DNA of 32,887 bases from a virus. Made by a program: the position numbers and the translations under genes. The notes beneath the pieces are model-generated. The model was not told where the DNA came from. It ran no database searches and saw only the letters and a list, made by a program, of their open reading frames with translations. The DNA lies in IMG/VR virus record IMGVR_UViG_3300005611_000123, positions 1-32,887 of that record; one strand, 5' to 3'. Positions 7,500 to 13,156 of this stretch are shown in pieces; positions within the stretch are counted from its first letter, which is position 1, and each line of letters begins with the position of its first letter.

Positions 7500-8105
7500 T
7501 TACAAAGTATCGGATGGTCTTGTGTTATTCACAACACATTTCCAAAAGTTCATTTGTAATTTGGTAAGTTCGCTAATGAAACTGTCATCACGTTTGATTT
7601 TCTTGACTGAATGTTTCTGATTACCAAATATAACTGACAGTATACATGACTCCGCATTCTTCAAATGCATGTAGTGTTGGCATTGTGGTTCGTATGTGTG
7701 TATTACCTCACGCAACAGTTTGTTTTCTGATGTGTGTTTGTATTCGACTACACAATTATCTTCTGTAATGAATGCATCCAGGTGAGCATACAATGGCAGA
7801 TCCATATCACTTAATGGTATAACTTTAGCAACATTGCATATGCTTGGATCTCTCGAAGGCAATGGCATGACATCAGTCTTACTGCGTTTAACTAGATATC
7901 TAATCAAACATTCATGATTAAATGTTTCAGTGTATGTTCCAAGCAATACCTTAAAGTTTTCTGACAAATCATCTGGCTCACGTTTACCAGTCTTGATTTC
8001 CCATAGCTTGTCTACATCCTCTGGTGTGCCATGCCATAATGTATAACAATCACTACCACCAATACCTTGCACTCTGTTCCATGTTACATCACTTCTTATT
8101 TCCAT
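7500..8105 (-). CDS. YqaJ / lambda-exonuclease-like recombination exonuclease
   Basis: GIGGSDCYTL, GTYTETFNHE, HLDAFITEDNCVVEYKHT (D...E-x-K) and EPQCQHYMHL match the YqaJ viral recombinase motif order. Confidence 0.8.
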   Translation of the reverse strand: MEIRSDVTWNRVQGIGGSDCYTLWHGTPEDVDKLWEIKTGKREPDDLSENFKVLLGTYTETFNHECLIRYLVKRSKTDVMPLPSRDPSICNVAKVIPLSDMDLPLYAHLDAFITEDNCVVEYKHTSENKLLREVIHTYEPQCQHYMHLKNAESCILSVIFGNQKHSVKKIKRDDSFISELTKLQMNFWKCVVNNTRPSDTL

Positions 8106-8313
8106 TGTCTATCCTTTCAATAAATTGTCCTTCTTGTTTGTCGTACTTGTATACTTCCAGGGCAAGTGTGTCGCAGTTATCTCTAAAGAATGCAGCACGA
8201 CCAGCACCTTTAGCACCAAAATATTTTTTGATTGTGTCTGCGTCTACTACACTTACACTAGGGTAAATGTAGTAGTCATACTTATCATCTTGATTGATTA
8301 TTTTGATTGTCAT
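8089..8313 (-). CDS. Hypothetical protein (74 aa; the track version starts at 8334)
   Basis: The ATG at 8313 is preceded by GAGGA at 5-nt spacing. The earlier in-frame ATGs at 8334 and 8325 lack an RBS. Confidence 0.55.
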   Translation of the reverse strand: MTIKIINQDDKYDYYIYPSVSVVDADTIKKYFGAKGAGRAAFFRDNCDTLALEVYKYDKQEGQFIERIDNGNKK

Positions 8314-8443
8314 TCTTATCCTCATCTTTAGCATTTAATAATCTATTCAGTATCTTTTTTTCGATAGCTTCTTTTAGTTTTGGATCATCACAATCAACTA
8401 TGATGTGTTTATCTGCCCAATCTTTTATTGATTCTTTTGTCAT
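8285..8443 (-). CDS. Small hypothetical protein (52 aa, MTKESIKDWADKHIIVDCDDPKLKEAIEKKILNRLL...)
   Basis: Hand-translated. Its start overlaps the stop of the upstream small ORF (ATGA). Below the track cutoff. Confidence 0.45.
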   Translation of the reverse strand: MTKESIKDWADKHIIVDCDDPKLKEAIEKKILNRLLNAKDEDKNDNQNNQSR

Positions 8444-8601
8444 TTGCTTTCCTCTACTATTTCAATCTCATCATCGTCTAAACATATTCCGTATTCTTCA
8501 TAGAATTGTTCTTTTAAGAACTCAATATACTGTTCTTTATTATCGGCTTCTATATTATTACCACTAAATTTAAGTGTGATATTTGAGCAGTATTCTTTCA
8601 T
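8440..8601 (-). CDS. Small acidic hypothetical protein (53 aa, MKEYCSNITLKFSGNNIEADNKEQYIEFLKEQFYEEYGICLDDDEIEIVEESK)
   Basis: Hand-translated. AAGAGG lies upstream of the ATG at 8601. It is the first ORF after non-coding island A. Confidence 0.45.
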   Translation of the reverse strand: MKEYCSNITLKFSGNNIEADNKEQYIEFLKEQFYEEYGICLDDDEIEIVEESK

Positions 8602-8623
8602 GGAATTGTACCTCTTTAGTTGT

Positions 8624-8664
8624 GAGCCACGGTATCTGCGTAAGAGTATTCTTTACCGTGGCTC
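8624..8664 (-). promoter_or_regulatory. Perfect 11-bp stem-loop in the 5' leader of the 8601 ORF
   Basis: GAGCCACGGTA (8624-8634) pairs with TACCGTGGCTC (8654-8664); the loop is 19 nt. In the minus sense it lies between a T8 run and the RBS. Confidence 0.5.
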
Positions 8665-8668
8665 TGTT

Positions 8669-8721
8669 AAAAAAAACCTAGCACACTATTATGGAACTAG
8701 TGATCCGTAACATTACTAGGC
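8669..8721 (-). terminator. Possible intrinsic terminator for the minus-strand block ending at 8840 (weak branched stem followed by U8)
   Basis: CCTAG (8677-8681) pairs with CTAGG (8716-8720), with an inner CACTA/TAGTG stem. It is followed in the minus sense by T8 (A8 on the plus strand, 8669-8676). Confidence 0.35.
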
Positions 8722-8728
8722 ACGAATG

Positions 8729-8833
8729 CTAGACACTGTAACGAAAGGGAATCTATCATGCTGTTCCTCTTGCAGTCCATTTAAGTCTACGGTTTATCCA
8801 GCTTTTAGGAATGATAGACGATACAGTGTCTAG
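8729..8833 (-). other. 105-nt element closed by a perfect 12-bp inverted repeat (candidate structured RNA or miniature inverted-repeat element)
   Basis: CTAGACACTGTA (8729-8740) pairs with TACAGTGTCTAG (8822-8833). A second inner stem pairs TCTATCAT (8752-8759) with ATGATAGA (8811-8818). No ORF. Confidence 0.4.
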
Positions 8834-8839
8834 CAAACT

Positions 8840-9076
8840 CTAGCTAACGCGATTGTCATTAGCATAATCTTGCATCATCTCAACGTAACCTTGAAATGCC
8901 TCACCGATTGTAAGAGCCAGGTACTCTGGGTCTAAGTGGACAAACTCAAGTGGTATGTTCTTCATCACGTACTCGGTGAACTGATCTTCATCATGCCATT
9001 CACCATCCATACATTCTGCGTCTATCCAGTCGACAAACTTATCTTGAACATCCATGTCATCTCTTGCGTTATACAT
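8840..9076 (-). CDS. Small strongly acidic hypothetical protein
   Basis: ORF track. D/E-rich (DDMDVQDKFVDWIDAECMDGEWHDEDQF). Adjacent to the ArdA-like gene. Confidence 0.6.
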   Translation of the reverse strand: MYNARDDMDVQDKFVDWIDAECMDGEWHDEDQFTEYVMKNIPLEFVHLDPEYLALTIGEAFQGYVEMMQDYANDNRVS

Positions 9077-9088
9077 ATCTTATCCTTT

Positions 9089-9487
9089 CTAGTTATTGTA
9101 ATATATAAATATTCTATTGCCATAGCCTGGCACTTCTATCTCATACACGCAGTAGGTATCATCTTCACCCATAACAAGTGAATCACCTACAGCACACCAG
9201 TCAATGCAAGGTTTCATTATCTCTGGTAAATCAGCATAGTCTTGATTGTATATATCTTCAGCAGCATCTTCAGCACTGTTGTATACACCATGGAAATGGT
9301 CATCAAAATTATCTAACCGATAATCTTCTTCCCATCCTTTGTCTTGTCGGTATGCATGGTACAGATTGTACATATATATATTTATATTATCTTTACCATG
9401 ATGTTCCATCTTGTTTATTATAGAATCATATTCTTCCATTTTTAAACTCCCATAAAAGTTATTATTGAATACATTGCGATCAGCCAT
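9089..9487 (-). CDS. ArdA-like anti-restriction protein (alternative start at 9439 with a GGGAG RBS)
   Basis: The C-terminal half HGVYNSAEDAAEDIYNQDYADLPEIMKPCIDWCAVGDSLVMGEDDTYCVYEIE parallels the ArdA pattern (acidic helix, LP, YIDY/IDW, aromatic/acidic tail). Confidence 0.5.
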   Translation of the reverse strand: MADRNVFNNNFYGSLKMEEYDSIINKMEHHGKDNINIYMYNLYHAYRQDKGWEEDYRLDNFDDHFHGVYNSAEDAAEDIYNQDYADLPEIMKPCIDWCAVGDSLVMGEDDTYCVYEIEVPGYGNRIFIYYNN

Positions 9488-9523
9488 AGTGTAATCATTA
9501 TGACTGATCCGATTATAGCTGCT

Positions 9524-9850
9524 CTACGCATGAGGGTAATACTCATGGTCAGTAGCTATCTCAATGTTTTGCAATGGTACATCCCATAATTTACCATCTA
9601 TTTCTACAATACATCTTTTGATATTGACACGGTTGATAACGCCAGGCTTACGGTAATCTTTACTTAGAACATATACTTTAGTGCCAACTTTAAGCTGCGA
9701 CTTTATACTCTGACGTTTATGTGCCAAGACTTCAGTGAACATCTTTTTTAGTTCGGGTACACTGTAGTTCATAAGAGCAGAGAACACTGTGTCATAGGCT
9801 GTCTGCTCTGGTTGAAGATTATTATCTAGTTGTATAATATTATTAGTCAT
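9524..9850 (-). CDS. Hypothetical protein
   Basis: ORF track, in-operon position. C-terminal beta-rich KVGTKVYVLSKDYRKPGVINRV. Confidence 0.6.
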   Translation of the reverse strand: MTNNIIQLDNNLQPEQTAYDTVFSALMNYSVPELKKMFTEVLAHKRQSIKSQLKVGTKVYVLSKDYRKPGVINRVNIKRCIVEIDGKLWDVPLQNIEIATDHEYYPHA

Positions 9851-9858
9851 TTTTTACC

Positions 9859-10260
9859 TCATATAGTTTGTGTTGCATATGGCTGTTCATCAGCATATGT
9901 AGGATATACATCATCTATAGTTACATCCGTAAGAAACTTAGGTCTGTAATATAGATCACGTTCTAACATCATCTTCTTTTCCCAGTGCGTGTCAAGCAGC
10001 TCAAGCAAGCTGAAGTAACCAAACTCTAGTTCGAATAGATGTGCTTTACCAAAAGCAATGCCAGTATCAGGGTCTAGCTCTGATAGCCACCACGTTCCAA
10101 TACCAGTGGCATTAAATAGTTTGACGTGGGCAATACCATCGGGTACTTTGCCATCACCATCATCAGTGTATCCGTTGGCATACATATGGTTCTCGACAAG
10201 TCTATAGTATTGATTGCCTGTTAGTATATCGTTATTAGTTAGTATGTCATATAAGTCCAT
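9859..10260 (-). CDS. DUF2958-like protein
   Basis: VKLFNATGIGTWWLSELDPDTGIAFGKAHLFELEFGYFSLLELLD...LERDLYYRP matches the DUF2958 signature (KLF.P....TW.l.E.dp....aFG...l...E.GY.sL.EL....veRDl.f.P). AGGAG RBS. Confidence 0.7.
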   Translation of the reverse strand: MDLYDILTNNDILTGNQYYRLVENHMYANGYTDDGDGKVPDGIAHVKLFNATGIGTWWLSELDPDTGIAFGKAHLFELEFGYFSLLELLDTHWEKKMMLERDLYYRPKFLTDVTIDDVYPTYADEQPYATQTI

Positions 10261-10309
10261 TGTTCTTCTCCTATTTTAATGGTATTTATATTATATATTA
10301 ATGGATAAA

Positions 10310-10371
10310 CATTAACACTGAGTTAATACTTTCTTCACAAGGAATGAGGAAGTATTTACTCAGTGTTAATG
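10310..10371. repeat. Long inverted repeat (22-nt arms, 1 mismatch, 18-nt spacer)
   Basis: CATTAACACTGAGTTAATACTT (10310-10331) pairs with AAGTATTTACTCAGTGTTAATG (10350-10371). The only mismatch is 10324/10357. In the minus sense it is followed by TTTAT and an AT-rich stretch containing TATAAT (10290-10295). Confidence 0.7.
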
Positions 10372-10412
10372 CAACCCATTACACCAAGCACTGGCGATTC
10401 AAAAAAATCTGT

Positions 10413-10473
10413 CATAGGAAAACTTTTATGGGGGACAACATAGGGGAGTGCTAGGTCGTCACCACCATAGGAA
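10413..10473. repeat. Three direct CATAGG(A/G)(A/G) repeats at 26-27 nt spacing (iteron-like)
   Basis: CATAGGAA at 10413-10420, CATAGGGG at 10439-10446 and CATAGGAA at 10466-10473. Confidence 0.5.
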
Positions 10474-10561
10474 GTTCCTCACACTGTAACAAGTCTGATA
10501 CTCAAGTTACAGGCCCATCAAGTGTTTGTGTTGCAGATTGAAGCCAGTGGTCACAATCATA

Positions 10562-10591
10562 TCAAACTAGGCTCTAATGAACCTAGTCTGA
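10562..10591 (-). terminator. Weak terminator-like hairpin after gene 10610..11059
   Basis: TCAAACTAGG (10562-10571) pairs with CCTAGTCTGA (10582-10591), 9 of 10 bp. The minus-sense downstream flank is only moderately U-rich. Confidence 0.3.
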
Positions 10592-10609
10592 TATTGTTGA
10601 TTGTACAGA

Positions 10610-11059
10610 TTACTTGTTCAGATGTGCCTGGGCTCGTTTGTAAGCCTCAGTTTGTTGATTCTCTGATACTATTTTGTACTCTGTTTTCCTAGCAGTTGGT
10701 GCTCGATACTCATGACCGAATCTACCTTTGAAGTAATCAGTTGCCGAGGCAATCTGTGTTTGGATTACTTCTTCTTGGACATCCAGTTTATCCAGCATAT
10801 CCGTATCGTTTTCTATCTGAGAGTTCTTGACTTCTGAACCATCAAATTCCTTAAGCCTGTATCTCAATCTTGATCTAATATCAGCACTCAAATTCTGGCA
10901 TGAAAGCAATGCTCTTTCTCTACCATAGATGAAACTTGTTACTAGTGCCTTACTAGGAGTGTAGCTATCGATTGGATTGTCAACACTCTGTTCACCCTCT
11001 ATAGGAGTGAAATCTTCTAAAATTAAGTCTAGTGCTTTATGTAAGTTATCTTTCTTCAT
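10610..11059 (-). CDS. Hypothetical protein, first gene of the leftward unit
   Basis: ORF track. AAGGAG RBS (inside the left arm of the palindrome). No family recognised. Confidence 0.7.
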   Translation of the reverse strand: MKKDNLHKALDLILEDFTPIEGEQSVDNPIDSYTPSKALVTSFIYGRERALLSCQNLSADIRSRLRYRLKEFDGSEVKNSQIENDTDMLDKLDVQEEVIQTQIASATDYFKGRFGHEYRAPTARKTEYKIVSENQQTEAYKRAQAHLNK

Positions 11060-11060
11060 G

Positions 11061-11240
11061 ATAATTCTCCTTTTTGAAGATTAATAATGCATTGTACTCA
11101 CATATGCTTAAGAGGCACTTGTCAAGGCTTAGGTTTCATTAGCATTTACAAATGCTTAGGAAACATTACCATGCCTTTACTGGTGACGAGCATATGTTAG
11201 TCTTAGCATTATCATACTAATCTTCAAGAAGGAGAATTAT
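11061..11240. repeat. Imperfect palindrome of about 180 bp at the divergence point
   Basis: Arms 11061-11108 and 11189-11240 are reverse complements. Segment matches are 23/24, then 7/7 after a 5-nt insertion, then 12/13. The centre is the hairpin AGCATTT(11141-11147)/AAATGCT(11150-11156), flanked by GTTTC/GAAAC. Confidence 0.8.
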
Positions 11241-11332
11241 CTTTAATGAAGAATGATATCTGGAATAACAGGACTAGGCTTAATTTTAGAAGTGTAACGC
11301 ACCCCCTATATCCCTATGTGCAACAGAGTGTC

Positions 11333-11360
11333 TTGACAATCCCAAACGATATGCTACTCT
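11333..11360 (+). promoter_or_regulatory. Candidate sigma70-type promoter for the rightward unit
   Basis: Perfect TTGACA at 11333-11338, a 16-nt spacer, then TGcTACTCT (extended -10 type, -10 hexamer at 11355-11360). It lies about 100 nt upstream of the terS ATG. Confidence 0.35.
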
Positions 11361-11468
11361 CCTATTAAGACTAGTAACTAGTTCTTCTTGTTAGAGAAAA
11401 GCATATGACTTTCACCAGTATTTGTGTACTGTTATTATACAAGATTGAATACCAATTAAGGAGTTTAG

Positions 11469-11840
11469 ATGTTACAGAAAACAAGAGCTATCAGTTCGAA
11501 AGCGAAACGTTTGGTGGATATACTTGTATCCCAAGGGTGTTCCATAACAGATGCCTCGAAACTAGCAGGATACAAAGGAAATTCGGCAAGAGTAACTGCA
11601 CACAAGATGCTACGAAAACCAGAGGTACAAGAGTATATGTATCAAGAGATTCAACGAACGACTGGATTGCATGCGACTAAGGCTCTGAATCGAATAAGTA
11701 CTCTGTCCCAATCAGCAAAATCAGAGTATGTTCAGTTAGAGGCTAGTAAAGATATATTGGATCGTGCTGGTTTCAAGTCGCCTGACAAACACCAACACTT
11801 GGTGGCTGGTAACTTTAGTATCAACATAGATCTAACGTAA
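11469..11840 (+). CDS. terS: Terminase small subunit-like DNA-binding protein
   Basis: AAGGAG RBS. KAKRLVDILVSQGCSITDASKLAGYKGNSARVTAHKMLRKPEVQEYM follows the Terminase_2-type N-terminal HTH pattern (F...Y...g.n.t.Aa..AGY....A...g..lL..p.V..yi). Confidence 0.65.
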   Translation: MLQKTRAISSKAKRLVDILVSQGCSITDASKLAGYKGNSARVTAHKMLRKPEVQEYMYQEIQRTTGLHATKALNRISTLSQSAKSEYVQLEASKDILDRAGFKSPDKHQHLVAGNFSINIDLT

Positions 11841-11872
11841 GTCAGACACCATTCTAAGACTTGTTACAGCAC

Positions 11873-11922
11873 TTTTTTGGGGGATTCAGTAAAGCCTCTT
11901 TGCTTTACCCTACCCCAAAAAA
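11873..11922 (+). other. Nested stem-loop T6G4...C4A6 enclosing GTAAAGC/GCTTTAC
   Basis: TTTTTTGGGG (11873-11882) pairs with CCCCAAAAAA (11913-11922). The inner stem pairs 11889-11895 with 11902-11908. Confidence 0.55.
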
Positions 11923-12003
11923 TCAGGTATAGAACAATAAGAAATGTATCGGTCACAAAATTTTTTTCTTCAAGGTCCGTTCAAATTATGCTATGTATTT
12001 TAA

Positions 12004-12309
12004 ATGGCTTATAAAACACAGGCATGGACAAGGAAAGAAGGTAAGAACCCTAAAGGTGGTTTAAATGCTAAAGGTCGTGCGTCTTATAAGAAAGGTACAT
12101 TAAAGCCCCCAGTTAAGAGTGGTGATAATCCTAGACGTGCATCATTCCTAGCCAGAATGGGTAATATGGCAGGACCAGAATATAAAGATGGTAAACCAAC
12201 GAGATTACTATTATCATTGAGGGTGTGGGGTGCTAGTAGTAAAGCAGATGCTCGAGCAAAAGCAAAGGCTATGTCAAAAAGATTAAAGGCTAAGAAGGAG
12301 AAAAGATAA
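12004..12309 (+). CDS. Small polycationic protein 1 (conserved basic phage/bacterial family of unknown function)
   Basis: 29 K/R versus 6 D/E in 101 aa (counted). Motifs WTRKEGKNPKGGLNAKGR and NPRRASFLARM recur in a DUF-type family I recall from phage genomes; the family number is not certain. Confidence 0.7.
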   Translation: MAYKTQAWTRKEGKNPKGGLNAKGRASYKKGTLKPPVKSGDNPRRASFLARMGNMAGPEYKDGKPTRLLLSLRVWGASSKADARAKAKAMSKRLKAKKEKR

Positions 12310-12773
12310 TGGCCCCGATTGTCCCAGTTGTATTGGCTGCTGCAAGATTGTACAAGTATGGCAAGAAGCCAGGCAAGAAAGTATTGCAATATATTCTAAA
12401 GAAAAGAAAGATATACAAAGGAGAGAAGGCTTCTAAATCTAGGTCAAGTAGAGGAGAAGAACTACCTAGCATTGATTCTAACAGATTGCTTGCTAGAAAG
12501 ATTTATGGACCAAAGCTAAAACCTACCAATACTAAAGATCTAAGAGAATTTAAATTTAAAAGAATGCTGGGGGATGAAAGACGACCTTTTGTCAGTAATT
12601 ATGAAAAACAAGCCGACAGCTTTATCTACCAAGGACTTACAGGCAATCGTAATTGGCAAAGTTTAATGAAGAAAGCGGAGAAAAGAAAGGGTTACAACCC
12701 TAGAAACCCAAAGCGACATTATAATAGAAGGCTCAGAAAAATAGAAATTGCTGACGAGTTTAATGATTTATAG
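12309..12773 (+). CDS. Polycationic low-complexity protein 2
   Basis: TAATG coupling to the previous ORF. Visibly K/R-rich throughout (KYGKKPGKKVLQYILKKRKIYKGEKASKSRSSR...). Confidence 0.65.
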   Translation: MAPIVPVVLAAARLYKYGKKPGKKVLQYILKKRKIYKGEKASKSRSSRGEELPSIDSNRLLARKIYGPKLKPTNTKDLREFKFKRMLGDERRPFVSNYEKQADSFIYQGLTGNRNWQSLMKKAEKRKGYNPRNPKRHYNRRLRKIEIADEFNDL

Positions 12774-12775
12774 CC

Positions 12776-13030
12776 ATGCCTACTAACTTAGATTCATATG
12801 GGACAATCTACCCAAAAAGGAAACCAGGTAAGCTCAGAAGCTTGCTACCACCTATACATACCTATCCAACAAAGAATCCTTTTATCAAAGAGATACCTAA
12901 ACGTCTAAAAGAAAAAAAGAAACAGAAAAAATCTTTGTTGTCAGAAATGAGAAACAAGTATAATGATAGTAATATAAAACCAATTGTTAAATTTAACCCA
13001 CCATTTATTGGTGTTAAAATAAAATTTTAG
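12776..13030 (+). CDS. Polycationic low-complexity protein 3
   Basis: Starts 2 nt after the previous stop. K/R/P-rich (PKRKPGKLRS..., KRLKEKKKQKKS). Confidence 0.6.
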   Translation: MPTNLDSYGTIYPKRKPGKLRSLLPPIHTYPTKNPFIKEIPKRLKEKKKQKKSLLSEMRNKYNDSNIKPIVKFNPPFIGVKIKF

Positions 13031-13039
13031 GAGATCACA

Positions 13040-13147
13040 ATGCCGATTAAAAAAACAGAAAAGAAATACATTGCACTTCAAAGAAAAAAAGAACAAGCTG
13101 GCAAGAAGATGCCAAAAGTAGATACTTATAAAAAGAAAAGTAAATAG
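13040..13147 (+). CDS. Polycationic mini-protein 4 (35 aa, MPIKKTEKKYIALQRKKEQAGKKMPKVDTYKKKSK)
   Basis: AGGAG lies 6 nt upstream. 14 K/R versus 3 D/E (counted). Below the track cutoff. Confidence 0.5.
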   Translation: MPIKKTEKKYIALQRKKEQAGKKMPKVDTYKKKSK

Positions 13148-13156
13148 GAGATTCCC

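Noticed and set aside
8624-8676. Hairpin followed by A8 read as a plus-strand terminator, or as a minus-strand terminator
   Set aside because: On the plus strand an A-run rather than a U-run follows the stem, and no plus-strand gene is nearby. On the minus strand the U8 precedes the stem. It is therefore treated as a leader hairpin, with the U8 belonging to the upstream weak stem.
10290-10295. TATAAT in the AT-rich stretch upstream of 10260 as a confident promoter
   Set aside because: No acceptable -35 lies at 16-18 nt spacing (GTGTTA or TGTTAA only), and TATAAT is expected by chance in a nearly pure AT stretch. It is mentioned only as context.
10380-10560. Possible tRNA or tmRNA in the non-coding islands (also 8690-8840 and 11841-12003)
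   Set aside because: No cloverleaf could be drawn. There is no T-loop GTTCRANNC-type sequence with a matching 5-bp stem or acceptor pairing on either strand.
11246-11368. 40-codon plus-strand ORF (MKNDIWNNRTRLNF...) preceded by AAGGAGAATTAT
   Set aside because: Its RBS is simply the mirror image of the leftward gene's RBS in the palindrome. The ORF contains the best rightward promoter candidate (TTGACA at 11333), and the peptide has no protein-like features.
11405-11680. 91-aa ORF overlapping the terS start
   Set aside because: It is out of frame with, and overlapping, the RBS-preceded terS-like ORF, whose translation has a clear HTH pattern. It has no RBS of its own.
11873-11922. T6G4...C4A6 stem-loop after terS as an intrinsic terminator
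   Set aside because: The U-tract is on the 5' side and the A-tract on the 3' side in both orientations, the reverse of a functional (bidirectional) terminator. It is kept only as a structural element.
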